The notes below the pieces were generated by a model. The model did no database searches. It was given only the letters and a program-made list of their open reading frames with translations, and was not told the DNA's origin. Shown here piece after piece: positions 54,805-64,000 of a stretch of DNA of 64,000 nt; the first letter of the stretch is position 1; the number at the start of each line of letters is the position of its first letter. The position numbers and the translations under genes are program-made. This DNA is from an uncultured delta proteobacterium (GTDB taxonomy: Bacteria > Desulfobacterota > Binatia > Binatales > Binataceae): positions 1,184,001-1,248,000 of the forward strand of contig CAVQEQ010000001.1 of the NCBI GenBank assembly GCA_963711565.1, in the 5' to 3' direction.

Positions 54805-55050
54805 TTGAACGAATTTATTTGCCCGTATTGCGGAGAGCCCGAGATCGCCGAATTGTTATGGTGCGTTGTACTCCTTCCGGTTGCGCGCTGGTCGGATGAG
54901 GGCAGAGCGGTAGACTACCGGGAACCTGAGGTCGATTTGGAGTCCGAATTGCCTTACGAATCAATCGATGAATCAGTGTCCGGGGACAGGCCGGTCTACG
55001 AATGCCGCAATTGCGCAAAGCAATTCCGTAAACCGAGCCGCGCAGACTAG
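54805..55050 (+). CDS. Small acidic zinc-ribbon protein
   Basis: GGGAG RBS, TTG start; CPYC...CRNC. Confidence 0.6.
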   Translation: MNEFICPYCGEPEIAELLWCVVLLPVARWSDEGRAVDYREPEVDLESELPYESIDESVSGDRPVYECRNCAKQFRKPSRAD

Positions 55051-55106
55051 CTCGGTTCGATCTTCAGACGAGCAATCGTATGTTATGCAGAATCCAAAGC
55101 GGAACC

Positions 55107-55257
55107 GGGATTCTTCACTACACCAACTTTCGCTCTGAATGACACAGGAAAAAGAACCTGAGAGCAAAAGGGCGTCCTCGCCATTTTGCGATTAGTACTG
55201 GGTGCAGGGGTCACCCCTGCCGAAGGAAGTGTGAAACCCACCGCGGGGTTTCACATT
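55107..55257. repeat. Degenerate GATTCTTC...CGCTCTGAATGACA REP half plus GGGTGCAGGGG-family copy
   Basis: 55197-55257 matches 43115-43172; related REP fragments at about 14970 and 40965. Confidence 0.75.
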
Positions 55258-55297
55258 CAATAAAGTGACTTACGTCTCCCCCAAGGCTCATCGCTCG

Positions 55298-55330
55298 TTG
55301 ACTCGTTTCTCGAACCTAACGTATGTTAGG
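55298..55330 (+). promoter_or_regulatory. Leaderless promoter with operator palindrome
   Basis: TTGACT-N18-TATGTT, 6 nt before ATG 55334; CCTAAC-GTAT-GTTAGG palindrome at 55315-55330. Confidence 0.6.
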
Positions 55331-55333
55331 CGC

Positions 55334-56413
55334 ATGCCTCATGAATCTCGACTCAACTTCTCCACCGACGAAATTCTCGCCAATGTTGATACTCGCGAGC
55401 CGCTTATCGTTAAGGGCGTCAAGTGTCATGGCGGGTTTGATGCGGACGGGCATTACCGGTCGCCGCGGACTGCGTTTCGCGTGCCCGCGATCAAGGCATG
55501 GCAGGAGCAGCATGTTGCTACTTCGGGCACTGCGCTGTTCGAGATTCCCGCCGATACCGTCTCGCCGCAGATGCCCAACGTCGCGCAGGTGAAATTTCTG
55601 CTCAAGTCGGGTGTGCGCGAGCCGTTCGTGCGATGGCTGTCCGAGATCGCGATCGTCGAGGGCTTCGGCGCGATGATTCGTGAGCTGCCGGTGCCTCCAC
55701 TCAACACATTCATCCGCGAGGACACTGCCGGCACCGCGCTGGCTCATCTCACGAGCGGGCTGTTCGAGGCGCATGCGCGCGACGAGGCGGGATGGAGCGA
55801 AGAGGGCGGGCATCGCCAGATGTGGGACGCGGCGCGCGACGCGGCGCTGTCCAATCCCGCAATCTCGCCGGAGATTTACGCCAACATCATGGCGCGGCGC
55901 GGCGGCCAGCCGGCCGCGATGTTCCCCGAGCTTGGCGAGCCGGTCGAGCGCTTGATTCGCTTCATGGCCAACGTGCTCGCGATCGAGGTCTTTGCCGCAT
56001 CGACGTTCGCGTGGGCCGAAGAGATTCTGTCAGACCCCGAAGTGTCCGACGCGCCCGACGACGCCGCCAACCTCGTGCGCTTCATCCGTTCCGACGAGGC
56101 GCCGCACGTCCAGTACCTGCGCACGGCGCTCTCCGAAATCCAGGCGCGCACGCTGCTCACGCTCGACGGCAAGCCCATCTCGGGCCGCAAGGTGGTGAAC
56201 GATCTGGCGGATCGCGGGGTTCGCGCGATGGTTCGTCAGCGGTTGAACGAGCGCCCGGGCATGGTGCGCGATCTGATCCGCAGAACGGCCAACGTCAAGG
56301 ACATCGACGCTTTGATGATGGAGTTTGACGCGCTCGGGACGCCGTGGACGCCGCCCGCGCGCTACGCGGACCTGGCGCCGGCGCCGAGCGCCGCCGCGCC
56401 CGTCGGCTACTGA
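55334..56413 (+). CDS. Ferritin-like (di-iron) four-helix protein
   Basis: IVEGFG, AHARDEAG...H, IEVFA, IRSDEAPH (DExxH). Confidence 0.7.
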   Translation: MPHESRLNFSTDEILANVDTREPLIVKGVKCHGGFDADGHYRSPRTAFRVPAIKAWQEQHVATSGTALFEIPADTVSPQMPNVAQVKFLLKSGVREPFVRWLSEIAIVEGFGAMIRELPVPPLNTFIREDTAGTALAHLTSGLFEAHARDEAGWSEEGGHRQMWDAARDAALSNPAISPEIYANIMARRGGQPAAMFPELGEPVERLIRFMANVLAIEVFAASTFAWAEEILSDPEVSDAPDDAANLVRFIRSDEAPHVQYLRTALSEIQARTLLTLDGKPISGRKVVNDLADRGVRAMVRQRLNERPGMVRDLIRRTANVKDIDALMMEFDALGTPWTPPARYADLAPAPSAAAPVGY

Positions 56414-56437
56414 GTCCAAGTTCTCTCTCTCCTTCCT

Positions 56438-56593
56438 ATTCCCTCCCCCGCTCGTTGGGGGAGGGTTAGGGTGGAGGACAACTGTGGGGCGCGATTGTCT
56501 CTTGCGCCGCACATTCTGAATCCGGAAAATTCGGTCCCTCACCCGCCGCTCTAAGACGAGCGGCGGCCTCCCCCCACGAATGGGGGAGGCGAA
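56438..56593 (-). repeat. Cruciform element, inverted third copy
   Basis: Reverse complement aligns to 50190-50342 with compensatory stem changes. Confidence 0.85.
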
Positions 56594-56671
56594 GAAGTAG
56601 GACAATCGAACTATCGTGGGGCCGATGGTAAGGTTTTTCTTTGGCTCGCGTGCCGGAGCCGGACCTATCGC

Positions 56672-58809
56672 GATGCATTCCCACCGCAAAACCCTGATTC
56701 CATCGGGCATCATGCGCCTCTGCGTCGCAGGCGCGTTTGCGATTGCGATAGCAATCGCGATTGCGCCCGCGTTTGCGCAGGATACATCGGTGGCGCCGTC
56801 CGCGCCGCAGCCGGCGGCTGAGGCGAGGCCTGTGGCTGCGGCGAGTCCCGCGGCTGCGAACGCGGCGGCGTCGCCGACGCCGCCTGATGCGCACATGGTC
56901 ACGTCGTACCTGAGCGACGTTATCAACTGGTACGGGCATCTCGGTGTCGAAGCGCAGCTCGTGAGCGATCCCGACGAAACCCTTTTTTTTGCCGATGACC
57001 GCCAGACGGCGGGCGAGGTTCTGAAGTTGGCTTTCGAGTATGCGCGCGCGCAGGCGGCGTACCTCGCCAAGGCCAATCCGAGCCTTGGCGCCGCGACTCC
57101 GACTGTATCCGCTGCGGCATCCAATGCCGCCGGTTTGGGCAATGTGACCCACTCCCTGCAGACGCTCGACGCCGCGGCGAACAAGCTCCGCGCTCGCATC
57201 AGCGCGTTGCAGGCGCAGCTCGCCAAAGCGCCGGCGGCCAGGCGGACTGCGCTCGCGTCTGAAATTCAGGACGCGCAAAGTGAACTCGACCTCAACCAGG
57301 CGCGCGTCGATGCGCTCAATGCGCTCGCGCAATACGAAAGCGGCAATGCGGCGCCGGATCAGAACGGCGGACTGATTGGCCAGATAGACGAGCTCGAGCA
57401 TTCGACCTCCAATAGCAGCAAAAAAACGCAAGCGCCTGGCCGAGACCGTCCTGGGGGCGAGCGCCGAGCCGACCGGGATTTTAGGTCTCGTCACCGATCT
57501 GTTCGCGCTCAGCAACAAGCTTGACTCGCTGGAGCAGAACCGCGCGCTCGCGCAGGCGTTATCCGTGCGCGCATCGGACGTGCGCAAATCGGTCCTTGCG
57601 GTGATCACCGATCTCAACGCGCGCGGCGACGCGCTGGCAGCGGGGGCCGACGCCACCGATATCGCCGCACTCAAAGACCGCAAGCACGCGTTCGAGAACC
57701 TGCTTGACGAGCACAAGCTGTTGAGCGCCGCTGCGCTGCCGCTCAGCAAGCAGATCGTGCTGCTGCGGATTTACACCAACAACGTCGGCCGCTGGCGCGA
57801 CGCGATCGTGCAGCGCCGGAACAAGGAATTCCGCAGACTCCTGATCCGCCTGATCGTGCTCGCCGCCTCATTGCTGCTCATCTTCGCCGGTTCGCTGGTG
57901 TGGCGATGGCTGACCAATCGCTACGTCAAGGACATCCGCCGCCGCGGGCAGGCGATGGCGGCGCGGCGTCTGGTGCTCGGACTTCTCGTCGTGATCGTTG
58001 TATTGCTGAATTTCTCCGACGAGCTGGGGTCCGCCGCCACCATCGTGGGATTCGCGGCCGCCGGTATTGCAGTCGCGCTGCAAAATGTGATCCTGTCGAT
58101 CGCCGGCTACTTCTTTTTGATCGGGCGCTTCGGGATCAAGGCCGGCGACCGCGTGCAAATCGGCGGCGTGACCGGCGACGTTATCGATATCGGGCTGGTG
58201 AAACTCTCGCTGATGGAACTGGGCGGGACAGGGACGCATCGCGAGCCCACCGGGCGCGTCGCGGTGTTCTCCAACGCGATCGTGTTTCAGCCGTCGGGCA
58301 ACTTCTTCAAGCAGGCGCCCGGCACCAGCTTCGTGTGGAACGAAGTGCGGCTGACGCTCGCGCCCGATGTTGACTATCGGCTGGCGGAGAAGCGGTTGAT
58401 CGACGCCGTTGACGAAGTATTCGCGCGCTATCGCGACCGCGTGATGCGCGACTACCGGCATCTCGAGCGCGACCTCAACGTCATGCTCGAAACGCCGAAG
58501 CCGCAAAGCCGGCTGCATCTCAGCCAGTCGGGGCTGGAAATAGTCATTCGGTACCCGGCTGAGACTTACAGTGCGCCGCAAATCACCGACGAAATTTCGC
58601 GCCGCGTGCTGGACGCGATCAACCGCGAGCCGAGCCTGCGCATGGCGCCGCAGGCCACCGCCAACATCCAGGCGCAAGTACCGCCGCCGGCAGGCGCCGA
58701 AGATGGCGCCGAGCAGCCCGCCGACACCAATGGGCAAGCGGCGGACGACAAGCAGGTCGCCAGCGAGGGAGCGGAACAGTCCGTCGGCACCGCGCGAGCG
58801 AATAAATAG
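56672..58809 (+). CDS. mscS: Large MscS-family mechanosensitive channel, frameshifted near the A7 run at 57420
   Basis: Signal peptide and coiled-coil N-terminus; GFAAAGIAVALQN, IKAGDRVQIGGVTGDVIDIG; one extra base separates the frames. Confidence 0.8.
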
Positions 58810-58876
58810 ATTCTCGGAGAGCGCTTTTGCGCGCGATTCAAGATTCTGCTTCTGTCCGCGTTGTGCTGAGGCGAGG

Positions 58877-58920
58877 AACCTAACCCCTTACCCCTTCCCC
58901 TGGTGGAAGGGGAACCGGAT
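58877..58920. repeat. TAACCCC-family REP hairpin
   Basis: AACCTAACCCCTTACCCCTTCC..GGAAGGGGAACCGGA. Confidence 0.85.
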
Positions 58921-58925
58921 TCCGG

Positions 58926-59294
58926 CTACGCGGCGGGAGTGCCTGCGATGCTGTCGACGATGTCGGCCAGCTCGGGAATCCGGTAACGCTCGCCGTTGTA
59001 TGCCTTGTACATCAGGACAACCCAGAACACCGCGAGCGCGATGTCGATCAACGTCAGGATAAAATTAAGCAGCGCTCCCAATCCATGGGGCAGCACCGCG
59101 ATAAATACGCCGAACACGACGGCAATCGCGAACCACACAATTGAAAAGCCGATCGACTGACGCGCGTGGAAGCGGATGAACTCGTCCTGGTTGTACGGTT
59201 CGAGATAAAGAAAAATCAGGCCGGTGACGAAGCCCAGCAGGTAAGTCAGCGCCGCAATGATGTTGGCTTGCGGGGTTCGGCGGTCACCGTCCAT
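58926..59294 (-). CDS. DUF4870-like membrane protein
   Basis: AALTYLLGFVTGLIF, IRFHARQS, KAYNGERYRIP. Confidence 0.85.
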   Translation of the reverse strand: MDGDRRTPQANIIAALTYLLGFVTGLIFLYLEPYNQDEFIRFHARQSIGFSIVWFAIAVVFGVFIAVLPHGLGALLNFILTLIDIALAVFWVVLMYKAYNGERYRIPELADIVDSIAGTPAA

Positions 59295-59452
59295 CGCGAA
59301 TTCCTCCTCTCATCTCGAACGACAATCACGGAACTCAGATCAATCCGGCACTCGTACCCGGGCCACTAATTTGTAGTCGAAGGTATCGGGGGATCGCAAT
59401 GCGATCCCGTGCAGCGCGCGCACTGCGGCAGGCAGGACTCACGAGCGCGCGA

Positions 59453-59908
59453 CTATTGTTGTTGCGATCGTTTCCTCGCCGCGTCAAGACGATCCATCGC
59501 CGCGGTCGCATTGCGCGAGGTCTCGACCACCTCGAGCTGGGCCCGAACGCGGCTGGCGAGCTGACGCCGGAATACCGGCTTGGCGAGAAAGTCGCTAACT
59601 CCCAGCCGCATCCCCTCCGCCCGCGCATCCAAATCGTCGCGCGCGGTGATCATGATGATTGGGATTTCGGCGGTCATGGGATCGTCCTTGAGCGCCCTCA
59701 CGACCTGGAAGCCGTCCATCCCGGGCATCATCAGGTCGAGCAGAATCACATCGACTTCGTTTTCGTGAACCAATTTGAGACACAATGCTCCGGAGTTGGC
59801 CTCTATCGGGACAAAGCCTTCGCGCTGCAAATGGCGGGCGAGGATCGCGACGGTGTCCTGATCGTCGTCAACCACCATTATTTGTGGCGGTCTGATTGCT
59901 TCATCCAT
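59453..59908 (-). CDS. Stand-alone response regulator receiver
   Basis: VVDDD, LLDLMMPGMDG, ITA, FLAKP. Confidence 0.92.
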   Translation of the reverse strand: MDEAIRPPQIMVVDDDQDTVAILARHLQREGFVPIEANSGALCLKLVHENEVDVILLDLMMPGMDGFQVVRALKDDPMTAEIPIIMITARDDLDARAEGMRLGVSDFLAKPVFRRQLASRVRAQLEVVETSRNATAAMDRLDAARKRSQQQ

Positions 59909-59925
59909 ACAATTCCCTGGCCCGG

Positions 59926-60945
<1,020 letters not shown>

Positions 60946-61107
60946 TTTCGATTGCTGCCCCACTCGTGAGTCCGCCCGTAACCCGCGTCGGTGTACCGCC
61001 GAGTTACGTCGGGATCGTCTCACGATGCGCACGCAGTTGACAGGACGATGACTACCAGTGAACAGATTAGACTAAGCAAACTCGCGTAATTGTTACGCGA
61101 AGAACGA

Positions 61108-61614
61108 TCAGGCGCCGTCCGTCGAATTGCGGTAATGCGCCGACTGTCCCGGTCCCTCGGCCACCGAGATTTCCATCATCGTCACTTCCGTCAGTGCACC
61201 GCGCGCCCGCAGCGCCGCGGCCAACTCGTCCCAGATGTAGCGCGCCAGTTCTTCCGCCGAGCTATGCACGATAGGCACGATACATACGTCGGCGGCCGGC
61301 AAGACGAACTCGTCGCTTTCGTAGCGGATTCGCACGACACCATTCGTCGGTCCGTCGATCGCAAGGCAATCGCTGTTTGCCGGAACGATCGTGCGCTCGT
61401 CGAGCCGATCGACGATCTCCCTGGTGAGTTTTTTGATCAATCCGAAATCGATCACGTAGCCGGTCTTCGCGAGGCGCCCTTCGACGTACACACCAACCTG
61501 GTAGTTGTGGCCATGCAGCGGTTCGCGGAATCCGGGGTAGGCGATAAAATGCGCGGCGGAGAATTTCAGATTCTCTTTCGCGACATGGATTGAAAAATTC
61601 GCGTTCGTTGCCAT
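61108..61614 (-). CDS. PTPS/QueD superfamily protein, PTPS-III type (ExxHGH)
   Basis: FSAAH, REPLHGHNY, IDFG, SAEELA. Confidence 0.85.
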   Translation of the reverse strand: MATNANFSIHVAKENLKFSAAHFIAYPGFREPLHGHNYQVGVYVEGRLAKTGYVIDFGLIKKLTREIVDRLDERTIVPANSDCLAIDGPTNGVVRIRYESDEFVLPAADVCIVPIVHSSAEELARYIWDELAAALRARGALTEVTMMEISVAEGPGQSAHYRNSTDGA

Positions 61615-61630
61615 CTACTCGTCCCGGTCG

Positions 61631-62524
61631 CTACTTCATTCGCGCCAATTCCAGCAACGTGTCCAGGTTGGGCGTGCGCCGCGATGAAAACCGCTCGCCG
61701 TACCGCGCCGCGTCGAGCGAGGTCGCCGCGATAAACCGCTCGCGCTCGCAAGCCGCGAGCGACCTGAGATGCTCCGCGAGTTCGCGCGCCCATCCGGCCG
61801 TCTCGTCGAATTGCGGGGCCAGGTCGCCTACGTTCAGTCCATGCAATCCGCCGAGCACGCACTCTGCGTAATATCCTATTTGCCCCGCACGATCGAAGCC
61901 GGGAATTTCGGTTCGCATCGATTCGTCGAGCGACAGCAGCCGGTCCATCTTGTATTGTCGGCGCCGCGAAACGATCGCCGGGTCTCCGCTGCCGTCGAAT
62001 CCCGACCCGATCGCGATTATCGCGATACGGCCGTCGTCGATTTCCACCGGATGGAAAATGTATCCGGGCGACGTGTAGTCGAGCATCGTGCGCAGCGCGA
62101 TCCGGTATGCGAGCAAGTCGCGACTCGCGGCGCCGTCAATCGCCATAAGGAATTCGCCGAGCGATTTGCCCGCACGATCCGCAAGTCCGATCAACCGGGT
62201 GAACGCGTCGGGATCGTATTCCTCGCGCCGCGCGATCAGCGGTGCATATTCGCGATCGAAAGTGAGCAGCAGTCCGCCGATTCCGATCTCACCGGCGGCA
62301 ATCGACGCCGTGATCGACGCCGCGCGATCGACCGGCTCGATATCCATCGCGAGGTAGCTGCCGTGACTGGAAGGCTTGGCCAATCCGCGCCGCGCATTGT
62401 GGATAGAAACCGGGACAGCATCGCGCGCGATCAACCGGCTGACGCCACCGCGCCGCTCAGCCAGCAACCCATAGCCGCTGAGCAACGACCCATATCCGAC
62501 CAGGAGTATCTCGCGATTGAGCAA
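61631..62524 (-). CDS. Hypothetical protein with gamma-glutamylcyclotransferase-like N-terminus
   Basis: LLVGYGSLL, RREEY; GAGGG RBS, TTG start. Confidence 0.55.
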   Translation of the reverse strand: MLNREILLVGYGSLLSGYGLLAERRGGVSRLIARDAVPVSIHNARRGLAKPSSHGSYLAMDIEPVDRAASITASIAAGEIGIGGLLLTFDREYAPLIARREEYDPDAFTRLIGLADRAGKSLGEFLMAIDGAASRDLLAYRIALRTMLDYTSPGYIFHPVEIDDGRIAIIAIGSGFDGSGDPAIVSRRRQYKMDRLLSLDESMRTEIPGFDRAGQIGYYAECVLGGLHGLNVGDLAPQFDETAGWARELAEHLRSLAACERERFIAATSLDAARYGERFSSRRTPNLDTLLELARMK

Positions 62525-62680
62525 AACCGATTCCCTCTTTTGATTCCTTCAACCTGAAGATGACACAAAAGCGGGACGACACAAAAAAGCGAGCGAAGCG
62601 CTACACTTGCACGTCGATCGGTCGTGGGTATTCGCGAACTGGCTCCGCGGGTGTGTGTGATGCATAATCGCGTTCGCTGC

Positions 62681-62772
62681 GGAGAGGTGGCCGAGCCCGG
62701 TTTAAGGCGCACGCCTGGAACGCGTGTAGACTCGAAAGGGTCTCGGGGGTTCGAATCCCCCCCTCTCCGCCA
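62681..62772 (+). tRNA. tRNA-Ser (GGA)
   Basis: CACGC-CTGGAAC-GCGTG anticodon arm, long variable arm, GGTTCGAATCC, GCCA end. Confidence 0.96.
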
Positions 62773-62995
62773 CCCAGTCCGCGATTTTCCTGTTCTCCGC
62801 GGGAAAATCGAAAATGGTCTGCATGTTCGAGCACTTTCTTCCGCCAAAAGGGAACTGGAGAAGCTCAGAATCCACCGTTGTGGCGCCGCTCATAGTTGGA
62901 TCTAAATACCGCAGATGATCGGATCAGCCCTCCGGCCGTGTCAGCCGGACCGATCCTCTGTAGGTCATTAGCACCGCTTACCTTCCGATGTACAT

Positions 62996-63032
62996 AAAAG
63001 AACGGGCCAGCGCATTGAAGCACCAGCCCGCC
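62996..63032 (-). terminator. Terminator of the phage operon
   Basis: Minus strand CGGGCTGGTGC-TTCAAT-GCGCTGGCCCG-TTCTTTT. Confidence 0.6.
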
Positions 63033-63239
63033 GCCGACTGGAAAAGGGGGGCAAACCCAGCCAGCGCCCCCCTTCTACCAAATGTTCCGACGAAGCGTCC
63101 ACCGTTTCCCTAAGAGCTTCACTGAGAGTGGCATTCGCACTCGCAAGGCTCCGATGGATGGTGTATCAGGCTCAATGTCTGGGCCGATTCGCAGCTAGAT
63201 CGCAAAGAACGCCATAGGCGATATGCGCCGCCCTGATCC

Positions 63240-63584
63240 TCACTGGCGCGAAAGGACCAGGTACACGTAGCGCTCGGTGCATCCCAGCCGCGCGGCGATC
63301 TCACCGGCGGCGAGCTGCTCGCGGTTTAGTCTCACAATCTGCTCGTTCAGTGGCACCAATCGCTTAGGCAAGGTGACCGAACATTCTCCAAACTCCGCGC
63401 AGACCTTTCGCGCGATCTCAGCGTCACCGATCTTCTCGGCGAATCGCAAGAAGCCTGGCGAGTCAGGGGCTGGCGCGTAAAATCTCCGACCGCCGAATAT
63501 CTCTATCAGGCGGGCAGCGTCAACCTCGCCCAGTCGTTTGATCAGCGCGGCTCGGGAAACAGTACCATCACCATCGATCGACAT
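63240..63584 (-). CDS. Mor/C-like phage transcription activator
   Basis: LG..DAARL...FGGRRFYAP, FGECSVTLP, C-terminal HTH IAARLGCTERYVY. Confidence 0.75.
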   Translation of the reverse strand: MSIDGDGTVSRAALIKRLGEVDAARLIEIFGGRRFYAPAPDSPGFLRFAEKIGDAEIARKVCAEFGECSVTLPKRLVPLNEQIVRLNREQLAAGEIAARLGCTERYVYLVLSRQ

Positions 63585-63608
63585 TCCTTCCTCCTCCCCG
63601 GCCCCTCT

Positions 63609-64000
63609 CTATGATCTGAAGTTCAGCCCGCGCGCTTCGATCTCGGTGGTGAAACCGGCAGAGCGGGACAGCTTATGGCGCGCCGACTGGATCAAGTAAT
63701 TGCCGTCGTAGGTTCCCCAGCCATCGAGCGTCACGATCGCCCCGCCGGTCATCGTCACATTGCCGGGAATTTCCAGCGTCGCCGTCGCCTGGAGCATGTT
63801 GCGCCGATGCAGCTCCGCGGCTGCCTTCAGCGCGGCCTGCTGGCCGTTCTCGCAGCGGCGTATCAACTTGATGGTATCGCCGGTGGGAACGGCCGGTGAA
63901 GCCTCGGCGGTCGCGCTTATCAGCGCCTTGGTGTCGGGGTCGAAATAATTAATCTGCGCCGCCTTATAGATGAGGTGCGTTTTCGCCTTGAAGTTGAAAC
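63609..64000 (-). CDS. Phage late control D (baseplate hub) protein, C-terminal part
   Basis: CENGQQA..A.AEL, GNV.MTGG..VTLDGWG.YDGNYLIQSARHKLSRSAGFTTEIE. Confidence 0.8.
   Translation of the reverse strand, partial: FNFKAKTHLIYKAAQINYFDPDTKALISATAEASPAVPTGDTIKLIRRCENGQQAALKAAAELHRRNMLQATATLEIPGNVTMTGGAIVTLDGWGTYDGNYLIQSARHKLSRSAGFTTEIEARGLNFRS

Larger units (their letters stand above)
62773..64000. mobile_element. Edge of a prophage or phage-tail-like element at the tRNA-Ser 3' end
   Basis: Phage tail and Mor-like genes begin about 470 bp after the tRNA; the element continues beyond the window. Confidence 0.7.

Noticed and set aside
52355-55331. Integron attC sites (GTTAGGC at about 52371 and 55325; ACCTAAC motifs)
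   Set aside because: R''/R' boxes are too close or unpaired, no L boxes, no intI in the window; the 55315 palindrome fits an operator better
57417-57430. Programmed -1 ribosomal frameshift in mscS
   Set aside because: The required shift is +1 and the A-run is not phased as X XXY YYZ

Overview
GC-rich bacterial chromosome segment. The gene content (F420-type LLM/PPOX oxidoreductases, split Deltaproteobacteria-style atp operon, tRNA-Sec) resembles Candidatus Binatota, which is an inference only. Core content: tRNA-Sec and tRNA-Ser, cobamide salvage genes (bluB, cobT, cobS, cobU, cobalamin riboswitch, btuB), glnE, aroA, atpF'FHAGDC, miaB, rpsU, arsM, a PTPS-III and a sigma-54 activator. Accessory content: a Sec-signal RHS toxin/immunity island, a type II restriction-modification pair and a phage tail/Mor module beside tRNA-Ser. 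The most unusual signal is several families of palindromic REP/MITE-like repeats marking gene-insertion hotspots. These sites are flanked by a mirror-image, strand-asymmetric bias at synonymous positions (A/C-rich left of the site and G/T-rich right of it on the + strand), regardless of gene orientation. Three single-base frameshifts (glnE, mscS, a small lipoprotein) probably reflect assembly indels. All counts were made by hand from the sequence and no database searches were run.
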